This document shows, piece by piece, positions 1 through 9,897 of a stretch of 64,000 nucleotides of DNA (position 1 is its first letter; each line of letters begins with the position of its first letter). The stretch covers positions 64,001-128,000 of the forward strand of contig JBLWVX010000001.1 of NCBI GenBank assembly GCA_048268245.1. The letters are read 5' to 3'. This DNA is from Arcobacteraceae bacterium. GTDB taxonomy: Bacteria; Campylobacterota; Campylobacteria; Campylobacterales; Arcobacteraceae. Made by a program: the position numbers and the translations under genes. The notes under the pieces are model-generated. The model did no database searches and was not told the origin of the DNA. It was given only the letters and a program-made list of their open reading frames with translations.

Positions 1-303
1 GATCATGTTAGACATGAGTTTTCCCATACAGCAATTCTTACTCGACATTTAAACTCACAAAATATCAAGCCTAAATTCAACTGCTTAAAAGCACAAAATA
101 TAGTCAAGTATGCAGGAAAAGACTTAAAATTTAGGCAAAAAAATCCAAGAAAATTTAAATGTACAAAAATATCTAATCAAATGACAATTTTATGTGATGA
201 TTTAATCACAACAGGTGCTACAATTAAAGAAGCAAAAAAAGCTTTAGAAAAAAGAAATAATCAAGTACTATTCTCTTTAACCCTAGCTGATGCAAAACTT
301 TAG
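1..303 (+). CDS. comF: ComF family phosphoribosyltransferase-like competence protein, 5'-truncated by the window edge
   Basis: Frame 1 is open from base 1 to TAG at 301-303. It reads ...KYAGKDLKFRQKNPRKF...ILCDDLITTGATIKEAKKAL..., with the PRPP-binding DD-x-x-TTG-x-T motif typical of ComF. Not in the ORF track. Confidence 0.8.
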   Translation, partial: DHVRHEFSHTAILTRHLNSQNIKPKFNCLKAQNIVKYAGKDLKFRQKNPRKFKCTKISNQMTILCDDLITTGATIKEAKKALEKRNNQVLFSLTLADAKL

Positions 304-331
304 TATAATAGGCTTTTATTAAAGGGTATAT

Positions 332-940
332 ATGATAGGAATTATTGATTATAACATGGGAAATTTAGCAAGTGTTTATAATGCTTGTCATCTAATAGAT
401 GCAAAAGCTACAATTGTTAAAGATCCAAATGAATTAAAAAGTTTTGATAGAATAATCTTACCAGGAGTTGGTGCTTTTGCTGATGCAATGGAACACCTAA
501 ATGAAACAGGTATGAAAGAAGCAATTTATGAGTTTTCTAAAACTGGAAAACCAATGATTGGTATTTGTTTAGGTATGCAGCTTCTATTTGAGAGTTCTCA
601 AGAGTTTGGTCATACGGAAGGTCTTGGATTAATAGATGGAGAAGTTGTAAAGTTTGATAAATCAAAAATGCATGAGGATATAAAAATACCTCATATGGGA
701 TGGAATACAATTATAAATAAAGAGCACTCTTTGTTTGATGGCTTAGAAAATCCATATTTATATTTTGTTCACTCTTATCATGCACAAACTAAAGAAGAAA
801 ATATTATAGGTAAAACAGTTTATGGATATGAGTTTGCAAGTGCAGTAAATAAAGATAATGTTTATGGTTTTCAACCACATCCAGAAAAATCTCATGATAA
901 TGGTATTAAGATTTTAGAGAACTTTATAAAAATTAAATAG
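332..940 (+). CDS. hisH: Imidazole glycerol phosphate synthase, glutamine amidotransferase subunit
   Basis: IIDYNMGNLASV, LPGVGAF, GICLGMQLL (catalytic Cys), PHMGWN, YFVHSY and QPHPEKS motifs. Confidence 0.97.
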   Translation: MIGIIDYNMGNLASVYNACHLIDAKATIVKDPNELKSFDRIILPGVGAFADAMEHLNETGMKEAIYEFSKTGKPMIGICLGMQLLFESSQEFGHTEGLGLIDGEVVKFDKSKMHEDIKIPHMGWNTIINKEHSLFDGLENPYLYFVHSYHAQTKEENIIGKTVYGYEFASAVNKDNVYGFQPHPEKSHDNGIKILENFIKIK

Positions 941-960
941 TATTTTTAAAGGAGTCACAT

Positions 961-1809
961 ATGAAAACAATAGCAATAACAGGATCAAGTGGATTTGTAG
1001 GAACAAATCTTAAAAGATATTTTACAGACCTAGGTTATGAAGTATTGCCAATTGCAAGAGGTGACTTATCAAATCAACAAAGACTACAAGAGATTATAAA
1101 TCAAAGTGATATAGTGATAAATCTTGCAGGAGCGAATATTATCAATAGATGGAGTGAGAGTTATAAGAAGCTACTTTACTCAAGTAGAATTGATACAACA
1201 AAAGCAATAGTTGAAGCAATAAAAGCAGTTGAAAATAAACCTTCACAACTTATATCAACTTCAGCTGTTGGTATTTATGATAATAAACAAACATATGATG
1301 AGAATGGAATTCATACAAGTGACTTTTTAGGGAAATTAGCTGAAGATTGGGAAGAAGAAGCATTAAAAGCAAGAAGTGAAAGTACAAAAGTATCTATTTT
1401 TAGATTTGGTATAGTCTTAGGAAAAGATGGCGGTGCACTAGAAAAAATGATAACACCTTTTAAACTTGGACTTGGCGGTGTTATTGGAAGTGGTAAACAA
1501 GCTTTTAGCTTTATTCATATTGAAGACTTATTAAATGCATATAGATTTGTAATTGAGAACAATCATGAAAATATTTTCAATTTAACAGCTCCTACTCCCA
1601 CAACAAATAGAGGTTTAACTCTTGCTTTAGGAAAAACACTAAAAAGACCTACTATACTTCCATTACCTGAATTTGTTTTAAATATAATATTTAGTGAAGG
1701 TGCAAAAGTTCTAACTGATGGACAAAGTGCTATTCCTAAAAACCTTATGGATTTAGGCTTTGAATTTAAATACAAAACTATTGATGAAACAATAGATAAT
1801 TTATGCTAA
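961..1809 (+). CDS. TIGR01777/YfcH-family NAD-dependent epimerase/oxidoreductase
   Basis: N-terminal ITGSSGFVG Rossmann motif, VINLAGA, SRI, RFGIVLG and GGVIGSGKQ motifs; SD AAGGAG upstream. Confidence 0.88.
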   Translation: MKTIAITGSSGFVGTNLKRYFTDLGYEVLPIARGDLSNQQRLQEIINQSDIVINLAGANIINRWSESYKKLLYSSRIDTTKAIVEAIKAVENKPSQLISTSAVGIYDNKQTYDENGIHTSDFLGKLAEDWEEEALKARSESTKVSIFRFGIVLGKDGGALEKMITPFKLGLGGVIGSGKQAFSFIHIEDLLNAYRFVIENNHENIFNLTAPTPTTNRGLTLALGKTLKRPTILPLPEFVLNIIFSEGAKVLTDGQSAIPKNLMDLGFEFKYKTIDETIDNLC

Positions 1810-1846
1810 AAGAAAAGAAGAATTAAAAACAGGAGACATTAAAAGT

Positions 1847-2560
1847 ATGGATATTTTACCAGCGATTGATTTAAAAGACGGGAAAGCTGTAAGATTAAGT
1901 AAAGGACTTATGGATAGTGCAAAAATCTATTCAGATGAGCCTTGGCAAGTTGCAAAAAGATTTGAAGAATTAGGTTCTAAATGGGTTCATGTAGTTGATT
2001 TAAATGGTGCATTTGCAGGTGAACCAGCAAACTTAGAGCAGATTAAAAAGATTAAAGAAAATTGTAATTTAAAAATCGAAGTTGGTGGAGGAATCAGAGA
2101 TGAAGAGACTATCAAAATGTATGTTGAACTTGGGATTGATAGACTTATTTTAGGTTCAATCGCTGTAAAAGATCCACAATTTGTAAAAGATATGGCAGCA
2201 AAATACCCTATAGCAGTTGGAATTGATGCTATGAATGGAATGGTTGCTGTTGAAGGTTGGGCAGAAGTTTCAACTATGAAAGCAACTGATTTAGCAAAAG
2301 AGTTCGCAAATGCAGGTGTTGAAGCGATTATTTGTACTGACATTTCTAAAGACGGTATGCTTTGTGGAGTAAATGTTGAATTTACAGAATCAATTGCATT
2401 AGCTTCAGGAGTTGATACAATTGCAAGTGGTGGAGTAAAAGACATCAATGATATCACAAACTGTCAATCAAATGGAAATATATCTGGTGTAATTGTAGGA
2501 AAAGCATTCTATGAAGGTACACTTGATTTAGAAGAGGGATTTAAAGCCCTAAAAAACTAA
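1847..2560 (+). CDS. hisA: ProFAR isomerase
   Basis: [38 protein letters not shown] and IASGGV motifs. Confidence 0.97.
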   Translation: MDILPAIDLKDGKAVRLSKGLMDSAKIYSDEPWQVAKRFEELGSKWVHVVDLNGAFAGEPANLEQIKKIKENCNLKIEVGGGIRDEETIKMYVELGIDRLILGSIAVKDPQFVKDMAAKYPIAVGIDAMNGMVAVEGWAEVSTMKATDLAKEFANAGVEAIICTDISKDGMLCGVNVEFTESIALASGVDTIASGGVKDINDITNCQSNGNISGVIVGKAFYEGTLDLEEGFKALKN

Positions 2561-2569
2561 TATACTAAT

Positions 2570-2737
2570 ATGTGTTTAGTAATCACCCTACTTTTTTCAG
2601 CCTTAGCATATACCTTCTATCAAGATGGAAATATGCAAGGCTTTTATATTAATATAAGTATTGCTTTTTTCTTTGCTATACTACTCATTAGAAATATACT
2701 TAAAACAAAAAAAGATAAAAATGACAAAAAAAACTAA
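2570..2737 (+). CDS. Small hypothetical membrane protein (55 aa, two hydrophobic segments)
   Basis: Manual translation MCLVITLLFSALAYTFYQDGNMQGFYINISIAFFFAILLIRNILKTKKDKNDKKN*. It fills the hisA-MFS gap and overlaps the MFS ATG. Not in the ORF track; no clear SD. Confidence 0.6.
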   Translation: MCLVITLLFSALAYTFYQDGNMQGFYINISIAFFFAILLIRNILKTKKDKNDKKN

Positions 2738-4037
2738 AACTGAATCTATCTATGAAAAACTTGTAAATGAAGAAGATGCAAGAGTCTGTAAAGCAATAGA
2801 TGAAAGTGCTTGTAAAGTAGTTCCTGGAAACTTTTTTATAACCTTGATAAGCTATTTTTTTAATAAAATAGCAGATGCAATAGCTAATGCAAAAGTAGTT
2901 CTGCCTTGGTTGATGGAAAGCCTTAGTGTACCAATATATTTAATAAGCTTCTTAGTTCCAATAAAAGAGTCTGGTTCATTAATACCTCAACTATTTATTG
3001 CAGCATTTATAAGAAAACTGCCTTTTAGAAAATATATATGGTCACTTGGTACTTTTTTACAAGCAGTTTGTATGATTTCTATTGCTATTGTGGCTTGGAA
3101 TATGGAAGGTTTAAATGCTGGGTTAACCATAATTGCTTTATTAATTGCAATGAGTTTATCAAGAGGCTTATGCTCAGTTGCAGCAAAAGATGTAGTAGGA
3201 AAAACTATACCAAAAACAAGAAGAGGTGCTTTAAATGGCTATTCTGCAATGCTTTCAAGTGTTTTAGTTGTAGCTTTTGGTATATACCTTTTAGTAAATT
3301 CACAAAAACCTTTTTCTCCTCAAAACTTTGGAGTTTTATTTTCAATTGCAGGTTTTTTCTGGATATTAGCATCTCTTACATATTTAAGAATAAAAGAGTT
3401 TGAAGGAGAAACTGATGGAGGAGGAAATGCTTTTAGCGTGGCAATAAGTAAATTATCAATTTTAAAAACGGATAAACCTTTTAGACTTTTTGTAATCACT
3501 AGAGCCTTATTTTTATGTGCGGTTTTAAGTGCACCTTTCTTTGTAGTTATGGCTCAACAAAATAGTGATGCCAATGCCTTTTTATTAGGTCTTTTTATTT
3601 TATCAAATGGTTTAGCAGATATGCTTTCAGCAAACTTTTGGGGTAAATTTTCTGATCAATCAAGTAGAAAAGTTATGATACTAGGAGCTAGTATTTCTAC
3701 ATCTATGGGATTTTTAGTTGTAGCTATTGACTTTTTTTATAAAGATTTATTTTCATATATTTGGTTAATGCCTATTATATATTTTATATTAAGTATAGGC
3801 TATCAAGGTATTAGAATAGGAAGAAAAACATATATTGTTGATTTAGCTGAGGGGAATAAAAGAACAGATTATGTAGCTGTAAGTAATACACTAATTGGAC
3901 TTATTCTATTAGTTAGTGGACTTATTGGGGCATTAACTTCATTTATTGGACTTAGTGGCGTTATTTTAGTTTTATCTATTATTGGATTAATAGCAATTAT
4001 TTTAGCAAATAAACTACCTGAAGTACAAGAAGATTAA
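2721..4037 (+). CDS. MFS-type permease
   Basis: About 12 hydrophobic segments and a WGKFSDQSSRK loop motif. ATG at 2721 is preferred over the TTG at 2661 given in the track. Confidence 0.8.
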   Translation: MTKKTKTESIYEKLVNEEDARVCKAIDESACKVVPGNFFITLISYFFNKIADAIANAKVVLPWLMESLSVPIYLISFLVPIKESGSLIPQLFIAAFIRKLPFRKYIWSLGTFLQAVCMISIAIVAWNMEGLNAGLTIIALLIAMSLSRGLCSVAAKDVVGKTIPKTRRGALNGYSAMLSSVLVVAFGIYLLVNSQKPFSPQNFGVLFSIAGFFWILASLTYLRIKEFEGETDGGGNAFSVAISKLSILKTDKPFRLFVITRALFLCAVLSAPFFVVMAQQNSDANAFLLGLFILSNGLADMLSANFWGKFSDQSSRKVMILGASISTSMGFLVVAIDFFYKDLFSYIWLMPIIYFILSIGYQGIRIGRKTYIVDLAEGNKRTDYVAVSNTLIGLILLVSGLIGALTSFIGLSGVILVLSIIGLIAIILANKLPEVQED

Positions 4038-4049
4038 TACTCTATTTTC

Positions 4050-7007
4050 TTAATCTTCAAGCATAGTATAATGAAGCTCCAATCCATTTGAAGTTGCTAC
4101 GAAACCATTTACATTTATAGTACCATCATGTACCATTTTATGATGTTCTTTACAAAGAGGTATTAAATTATATTTATGATTAGCATTTATATGCTCAATA
4201 AAGCCATCTTTATTTGCTCTTGCCTGCTCTTTTATGTGGTGAACATCATCACAAGCTTTACCACATATCACACAAGTTGAAGCAAATACATTTTTATTGT
4301 ATTTAGATGTTTTTCTATGGGTAAGTCTTTCTATTTTATCATAATCATCAGTCAGTCTTTTTCTTATGTCATTTGCTACACTTAAAAATTCTTTGTCCAT
4401 GTGAAGTGATCTTGCATATTCTAAACCATACATAGATGATCCACTTCCAAAGGCTAGTTTTCTATCAAAAATAAGTTTATCTTCATCATCTTTATACATT
4501 ACAGATAAGTGCAGTGAGATTATATTTTTAAGCTTTTGAATCTCTTGAATTTCGGGAAGTTGATGTAAGTGAGTAGCAAACACAAAAATAGACTCTAATT
4601 TTGCTAATTTTAAAATTGCACTAGCAACTATACTTAATCCACTCATCGTTTCAGTAGAGTGAGAGATTTCATCACCTAAAATAAGTGACTTTTTACTTGC
4701 TCTATTGAAAATATTTTTAAGTTCTAGCATTTCAACTGCAAAAGAAGATAAACCTTTTGCAATATTATCAGCTCCACTAATTCTAGTATAAACAGCATCA
4801 AAAATTGAGAATCTCATAGACTTTGCAGGTACATAAAATCCTGCTTGGGCTAAGATAACTGCAATTCCTATTGATTTCATAAGAGAGGATTTACCTGAGG
4901 AGTTTATACCATAAAGTAAAACCCCATGCATTTTATTATCTTTAATATTAACAGGGTTTGAGTTTTTAATAATCACATTGTCTTTATACTCTTTAGAAGC
5001 ATAAGATAACTGTCCTAGAATAATATCATTTGGTACATAAATACCTTGTTCTTCATTTGCTTCAATAATAGGATGTCTTAAATCTATAAGCTCAATAAAA
5101 TTCTCTTCATCTTTTGTTTTTACTATTTTTGGACAAGTATAGTTGTATTTTTTTGCAGTTTTTATATTTGATACTGTTAAATCAACCTCAGCAATAAACT
5201 GTACTAATTCTTCCAAAAGTTTTGAAAATTTCTTTTCAAACTCTACTAGTTTTTCTTTAAATACTAATTTATTTAATTCAACAATCTTTTTTAAATTATG
5301 AACAAATTTATCACTTACACTTTCAGTTAGCTTACAAAAAATCTTAACTGAATTTGTTTGTACTTTTATCTTAAAATCTTTAAATAGTAGTAAGTCATCA
5401 TCAATAATTATATGAGAGTTCAATAACTCTTCTTTTATAAGATTGAACCTGTTTTTAGTCATTGTTAAGAAGAAACCTTCTTTATCAAGTCTATTAATAC
5501 TTACAAAGTTTGAATCATCTTTAGCATTTAAAAACTTTAAAATATGTTTTTTAAGAAGTTCTAACTTTGAATAAAGCTCAATATTTTCATTATTTAACTC
5601 ATCAATTTGAGTATTTATTCCCTCACAAACCATATTTGCTTCTACATCTTTTAACATATACTTCCCAGATACAGCTAAATCAAATGTTGAATCAATAGAT
5701 TGTATAAATAGTCCCAACTCAGCACTACTACAAGGGGGCGTTAGAAACTTATAGTTCTCCATAAAAGTAACTACTTCTTTTATACTAAGAAGTGAATCAT
5801 ATAAATAGTTTAATTCAAAAGGATGAAGTCTACTTAGTTTTATTCTTCTTGTAAGTCTTTCAATATCATAAATATTTGCAAGTTCATTCTCAATTGGTCC
5901 ATGATAATCAAATAACTCTTTTGAAAGATTGAATCTTCTAAGTATCTCTTTTGTATCTTTTACAGGATGAGTTAATCTCTCTTTTAAAAGTCTTTTCCCC
6001 ATTGCTGTAGAAGTATTATTCATAAGTTTTATCAAACTTGGATTATGAGTTGTCTCTATTATATTTAACTGTTCTAAAGCATTGTTTCCTAAATAGATAT
6101 ACTTTCCAATATCAAGTTTTTGAGGAAGAGATAGTTTTTGAACAATATTAGAATCATGTCCTATAACAAAATCAATTAAAATAGCTAAAGCTTCTGTACT
6201 TAAAGGAACTCTTTCCATATCCAAATGTTCAATTGCTGTTAATAAAGATTGAATATCAAATACATTTTTAAATAGTTCATTTTGATAATTAATTTTTGGT
6301 CTAAAAGTTCCTATATGAAAAGTTTTTAAATTTAATTCCAAATAATCAATTACTTCTTTTTGATTGATATTTTTATCTGCAAAACTTACAATTACTTCAT
6401 TTGTTTTATGCATATTCATATAGTTAAATACTTCATCTAAAGCATAAAACTTATCTTCACTAGTTCCATGAACTTCATTATAGTAACACTTACCAGTAGT
6501 TACATCTATAGCACTATATCCAACTAAATAAATACCTTTTATTTGCTCAATTACTAGTGATGTAATATTGTTTTCATCTTGGTCAATTACAAAATCAAAA
6601 TTTGTACCAGGACTTACAACAGTATCAAGATATCTTGATACTTTAGGAGGAACACCCTTTTGTCGTATTACAACAACTGTATATTTTTGCTCACTTATGA
6701 TTCTTGCTAAATGCTTATCAAAAGATATTGCAGGAACTCCTGCCATAATAGGATTTTCAGCAGAGTTTTCTAAGATAGTTTTGTTTTTTCTTGTTAATTG
6801 AATATTTAATAGTTCAGCTATTTCTTTAGCTTTTCCTATTTGCATTTCATCATTATTAACTTCGTAAACTTCAAAGAAAGTTCCAATTTCCATAAGAACT
6901 ACTGTATTTTCACCATATTTTTTTTCAAAAAGCTCTTGAAGTTTAAAATATGTGATTGTTAATAGTGTTTTTTTATCGGCTAAAAGTTCTGCTACTTCTT
7001 CTCTCAC
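4050..7007 (-). CDS. MutS-family DNA mismatch protein with C-terminal HNH endonuclease (MutS7-type)
   Basis: N-terminal GTFFEVY mismatch-recognition motif; RHPIIE; Walker A GINSSGKS; SSFAVEM; ILGDE; FATHLH; C-terminal CVIC...VHHI...NLIPLCKEHHKMVH HNH domain; GTG start. Confidence 0.9.
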   Translation of the reverse strand: MREEVAELLADKKTLLTITYFKLQELFEKKYGENTVVLMEIGTFFEVYEVNNDEMQIGKAKEIAELLNIQLTRKNKTILENSAENPIMAGVPAISFDKHLARIISEQKYTVVVIRQKGVPPKVSRYLDTVVSPGTNFDFVIDQDENNITSLVIEQIKGIYLVGYSAIDVTTGKCYYNEVHGTSEDKFYALDEVFNYMNMHKTNEVIVSFADKNINQKEVIDYLELNLKTFHIGTFRPKINYQNELFKNVFDIQSLLTAIEHLDMERVPLSTEALAILIDFVIGHDSNIVQKLSLPQKLDIGKYIYLGNNALEQLNIIETTHNPSLIKLMNNTSTAMGKRLLKERLTHPVKDTKEILRRFNLSKELFDYHGPIENELANIYDIERLTRRIKLSRLHPFELNYLYDSLLSIKEVVTFMENYKFLTPPCSSAELGLFIQSIDSTFDLAVSGKYMLKDVEANMVCEGINTQIDELNNENIELYSKLELLKKHILKFLNAKDDSNFVSINRLDKEGFFLTMTKNRFNLIKEELLNSHIIIDDDLLLFKDFKIKVQTNSVKIFCKLTESVSDKFVHNLKKIVELNKLVFKEKLVEFEKKFSKLLEELVQFIAEVDLTVSNIKTAKKYNYTCPKIVKTKDEENFIELIDLRHPIIEANEEQGIYVPNDIILGQLSYASKEYKDNVIIKNSNPVNIKDNKMHGVLLYGINSSGKSSLMKSIGIAVILAQAGFYVPAKSMRFSIFDAVYTRISGADNIAKGLSSFAVEMLELKNIFNRASKKSLILGDEISHSTETMSGLSIVASAILKLAKLESIFVFATHLHQLPEIQEIQKLKNIISLHLSVMYKDDEDKLIFDRKLAFGSGSSMYGLEYARSLHMDKEFLSVANDIRKRLTDDYDKIERLTHRKTSKYNKNVFASTCVICGKACDDVHHIKEQARANKDGFIEHINANHKYNLIPLCKEHHKMVHDGTINVNGFVATSNGLELHYTMLED

Positions 7008-7008
7008 G

Positions 7009-7428
7009 TTACTTTCTAACTCCCGTCCAATCTCTTATTTGTTTTCTTTGCTCTTTTGTAAGATCAGCTTCTTCATGTAACCAAAGATATGAATTTAAAG
7101 GCATTACGGAATAAATGGTTCTATAAATACCTTTTAATTTTTTCTTCTTTTCTTCTTCACTATACTTCTCCCATTCAGAGAAATTTAACCATTTTCTTCC
7201 ATCATCTACATGCTCAGTAATAATCCAAGAAAATGGTGCTACTTTTGAGTACCAAGGCCAGTTAGCTTCATTTGAATGACAATCATAACAAGAAGTTTTA
7301 AACATTGTCATTATTTCATCAGGGGCTTGAATCTCTAAAGATTTATCAACAGCAAAGTTTTTTTGTTCTGTTTGTATCGCTTGCATTGCAATAAATACTA
7401 AAAGAAAAATTAAAAGTGTTCTTTTCAT
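7009..7428 (-). CDS. Haem-binding domain protein (monohaem cytochrome c-like)
   Basis: Signal/anchor helix, CYDCH haem c motif, WPWYS..AP.SW and LNFSEW, MP distal Met. Confidence 0.85.
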   Translation of the reverse strand: MKRTLLIFLLVFIAMQAIQTEQKNFAVDKSLEIQAPDEIMTMFKTSCYDCHSNEANWPWYSKVAPFSWIITEHVDDGRKWLNFSEWEKYSEEEKKKKLKGIYRTIYSVMPLNSYLWLHEEADLTKEQRKQIRDWTGVRK

Positions 7429-7434
7429 ATATCC

Positions 7435-7767
7435 TTACTCGCACATTAAAGTATATGGTCTTTTAAGCTCTTCAATAAATAAAGATATAGATATGTTTCT
7501 TCCATATCTTTTGAACTCTTTTGTATCAAAATAGACCAGTATTGTAGGTATAGAAAATACCGTAAAATGGCTTGTAAGTTCTTTATACAAATCAGTCTTA
7601 ACTTCATACATCACAAATCTTGAGAATTCTTTTTTTACACTTTGTTCAATTTTTGGTTTTAAAACTTTACATACTGAACAATTCTCACCGGAAAAATATA
7701 TTAATACAGGTTCCCCTGTATTAATACTATCTTGAAGCTGAAGTAGTTTTGTGGCTTGTTTCATCAT
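7435..7767 (-). CDS. Thioredoxin-family protein
   Basis: YFSGENCSVCK CxxC motif and VFSIPTIL cis-Pro loop. Confidence 0.85.
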   Translation of the reverse strand: MMKQATKLLQLQDSINTGEPVLIYFSGENCSVCKVLKPKIEQSVKKEFSRFVMYEVKTDLYKELTSHFTVFSIPTILVYFDTKEFKRYGRNISISLFIEELKRPYTLMCE

Positions 7768-9736
7768 CTTTTTTTACTTCTTCTTTATCATTTTTATCAA
7801 TTTTAACTTCATAAGCTTTCTCTTTAAAAATATCTTTTTTTGATAAAGAGATACCTTTCATATGAGTTAAGGGGAAGGCAAAAGCAATACCTTTTCCTGT
7901 AGTTGTTATATGTAATGAATGAATAATTGATTTTATAACATCATTAACTAAATACTTAGGTAATAAGAATAAAAGCAATGCATCGTTTGCTTCAAAACTT
8001 GTTCTATAGAAATTAGCCATTTCTTCAAGACCGATACCATCCGCTCTTAATACAGTAACCCCTGAAGCCCCAGCTTTATGAGCAGCAGAAATTGCATCAA
8101 GTTTTTTATCAACAGGAACAATTATAACAACAGCACTGAACTCTAAATCTAAAGAGTGTCTAACAGAGGAACCATCAATATTAACTGTAGCTAAATTCAT
8201 ATTTTCAGCATCAACTAAAGCATCTTTTAATAGCTCTTCTTTTTCAATTTCTGTATCTGATTTTACACCTATTTTTTCAGTTATGATACCATAAAGCATT
8301 ACAGTAATCATTGGAAATAATGAAGCAAAAGCAATAAGTCCAAAACCATCAATAAGAGGACTTCTTCCCTCAATATTAGTAGCAAGTCCAATACCAAGTG
8401 CAGCAACTAATGGAACTGTTACAGTTGAAGTTGTAACCCCACCACTATCATAAGCAATAGGAATAATATACTTAGGTGCAATAAATGTAAGAATAATAAC
8501 TACCATATATCCAACAATAATATAATAGTGAATATGCCCACCATCTACAATTCTAAATGCACCTAAAGCAATACCAATAGCAACCCCAAAAGCAACAAAT
8601 ATTCTTAATACAAAGTCATTTATTTTACCATCAGAAATATCTTTTGCTTTTTTTGCAATAGCCATCAAAGCTGGTTCTGCCATAGTTGTTGAGAAACCAA
8701 TAGCAAAAGCAAAGGCATAAATCATCATTACAGAATCAGATTTTGTTAACTGGTAAGCCATTGTTTCACCAAGTGTGAATAGACCCATTTCTAGCCCAAG
8801 AATAAATGCATCAAGACCTAAAATAACAAGAAAAAATCCTAAAAATACAGTTTTAATGTTTTCTATTTTTTTCTTTAATACAGCATATTGAAAGAAAAGA
8901 ATAATTAATAAAATAGGTGCAACATCTTTTACAACATTTACTAATCCCATTAATAATGAAGAAACAGAAATAGTTGTATTTGTTGATACAGCAGCTTCTA
9001 CAGCAACAGCAGCTACATCTTTTGCATCAACTAAGTTATAAACTGCAATTCCGTAAATTTGCACAAAAATCATAGGAGTTAAAGATGCAAAAGCAATAAG
9101 TCCAAAGCCATCAACAACTGGGTTTCTTCCTTTTATAGTTGTTGCAAGACCAATACCAAGTGCAGCAACTAAAGGAACTGTTACAGTTGAAGTTGTAACT
9201 CCACCTAAGTCATATGCAAGTCCAATGATCTCTTTTGGAGCAAAGAAAGTAACACTTACAACTAGTAAGTACCCTGCAATAATATAGTAGTGTATAGGAT
9301 GTCCTTTATAAATCCTATATACACCTAAGAAAATAGCAAAACCAACAGAGCCTGCAACTACAAGTCTTAACATAGTTGCATCAATACGACCACTAGAAAT
9401 AGAAGCTGCTTTATCTGCAATTACTGCAAGTGCTGGTTCTGCAATTGTTGTACCAAAACCTATTAAAAAAGCAAAAAAGAGTACCCAAAGCATTGTTCCA
9501 TGCTTTGCAAAATCCCTTGCTAAACCTTCTCCTACTGGGAATATACCAATTTCAAGTCCCTGTAAAAAAATAGCTAATCCAACACCAACAATAGCTAATC
9601 CAATCGCAGTGCTAACCCACCCCTCGGGTACAGCTTGGATAATTGCTAGTTGAAAAAATAGAATAACTACAACTATAGGAATTAAATCCCGAAATGACTC
9701 TTTTAATAGCTTCAAAAAGAAGTTAAATTGCATCAT
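7727..9736 (-). CDS. Tandem DUF1538 membrane protein fused to a C-terminal P-II-like domain
   Basis: Two internal repeats, each with AEPAL, AYD(L/S)GGVTTSTVTVPLVAALGIGLA and DGFGLIAFASL. The C-terminus AVVIIVP...GASGVTVLRADGIG...GKGIAFAFP is P-II-like. Confidence 0.8.
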   Translation of the reverse strand: MMQFNFFLKLLKESFRDLIPIVVVILFFQLAIIQAVPEGWVSTAIGLAIVGVGLAIFLQGLEIGIFPVGEGLARDFAKHGTMLWVLFFAFLIGFGTTIAEPALAVIADKAASISSGRIDATMLRLVVAGSVGFAIFLGVYRIYKGHPIHYYIIAGYLLVVSVTFFAPKEIIGLAYDLGGVTTSTVTVPLVAALGIGLATTIKGRNPVVDGFGLIAFASLTPMIFVQIYGIAVYNLVDAKDVAAVAVEAAVSTNTTISVSSLLMGLVNVVKDVAPILLIILFFQYAVLKKKIENIKTVFLGFFLVILGLDAFILGLEMGLFTLGETMAYQLTKSDSVMMIYAFAFAIGFSTTMAEPALMAIAKKAKDISDGKINDFVLRIFVAFGVAIGIALGAFRIVDGGHIHYYIIVGYMVVIILTFIAPKYIIPIAYDSGGVTTSTVTVPLVAALGIGLATNIEGRSPLIDGFGLIAFASLFPMITVMLYGIITEKIGVKSDTEIEKEELLKDALVDAENMNLATVNIDGSSVRHSLDLEFSAVVIIVPVDKKLDAISAAHKAGASGVTVLRADGIGLEEMANFYRTSFEANDALLLFLLPKYLVNDVIKSIIHSLHITTTGKGIAFAFPLTHMKGISLSKKDIFKEKAYEVKIDKNDKEEVKKDDETSHKTTSASR

Positions 9737-9866
9737 ATATTTTATGTCTCCTACTAATCCTAAAATTATTTCAACTTTAGTTAATATCTCTATTCTACAT
9801 TGTTTTTACTGAATTATTGGATAAAGTCGAGTATATTAGTTGCGTTATTTTAAATATGTAAGGGAT

Positions 9867-9897
9867 TATTATAAAGTAGAAAATCTACTTTATAATA
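9867..9897. terminator. Inverted repeat directly after the leuA stop (probable terminator)
   Basis: TATTATAAAGTAGA-AAA-TCTACTTTATAATA, a perfect 14-bp stem. Confidence 0.65.

Noticed and set aside
1563..2457. Antisense ORFs 1563..1775 and 1987..2457
   Set aside because: Shadows of well-supported genes (TIGR01777 protein, hisA); no motifs.
3038..3403. 121-aa Cys/Phe-rich alternative-frame ORF inside the MFS gene
   Set aside because: Composition is what an off-frame reading of a hydrophobic, T-rich gene produces.
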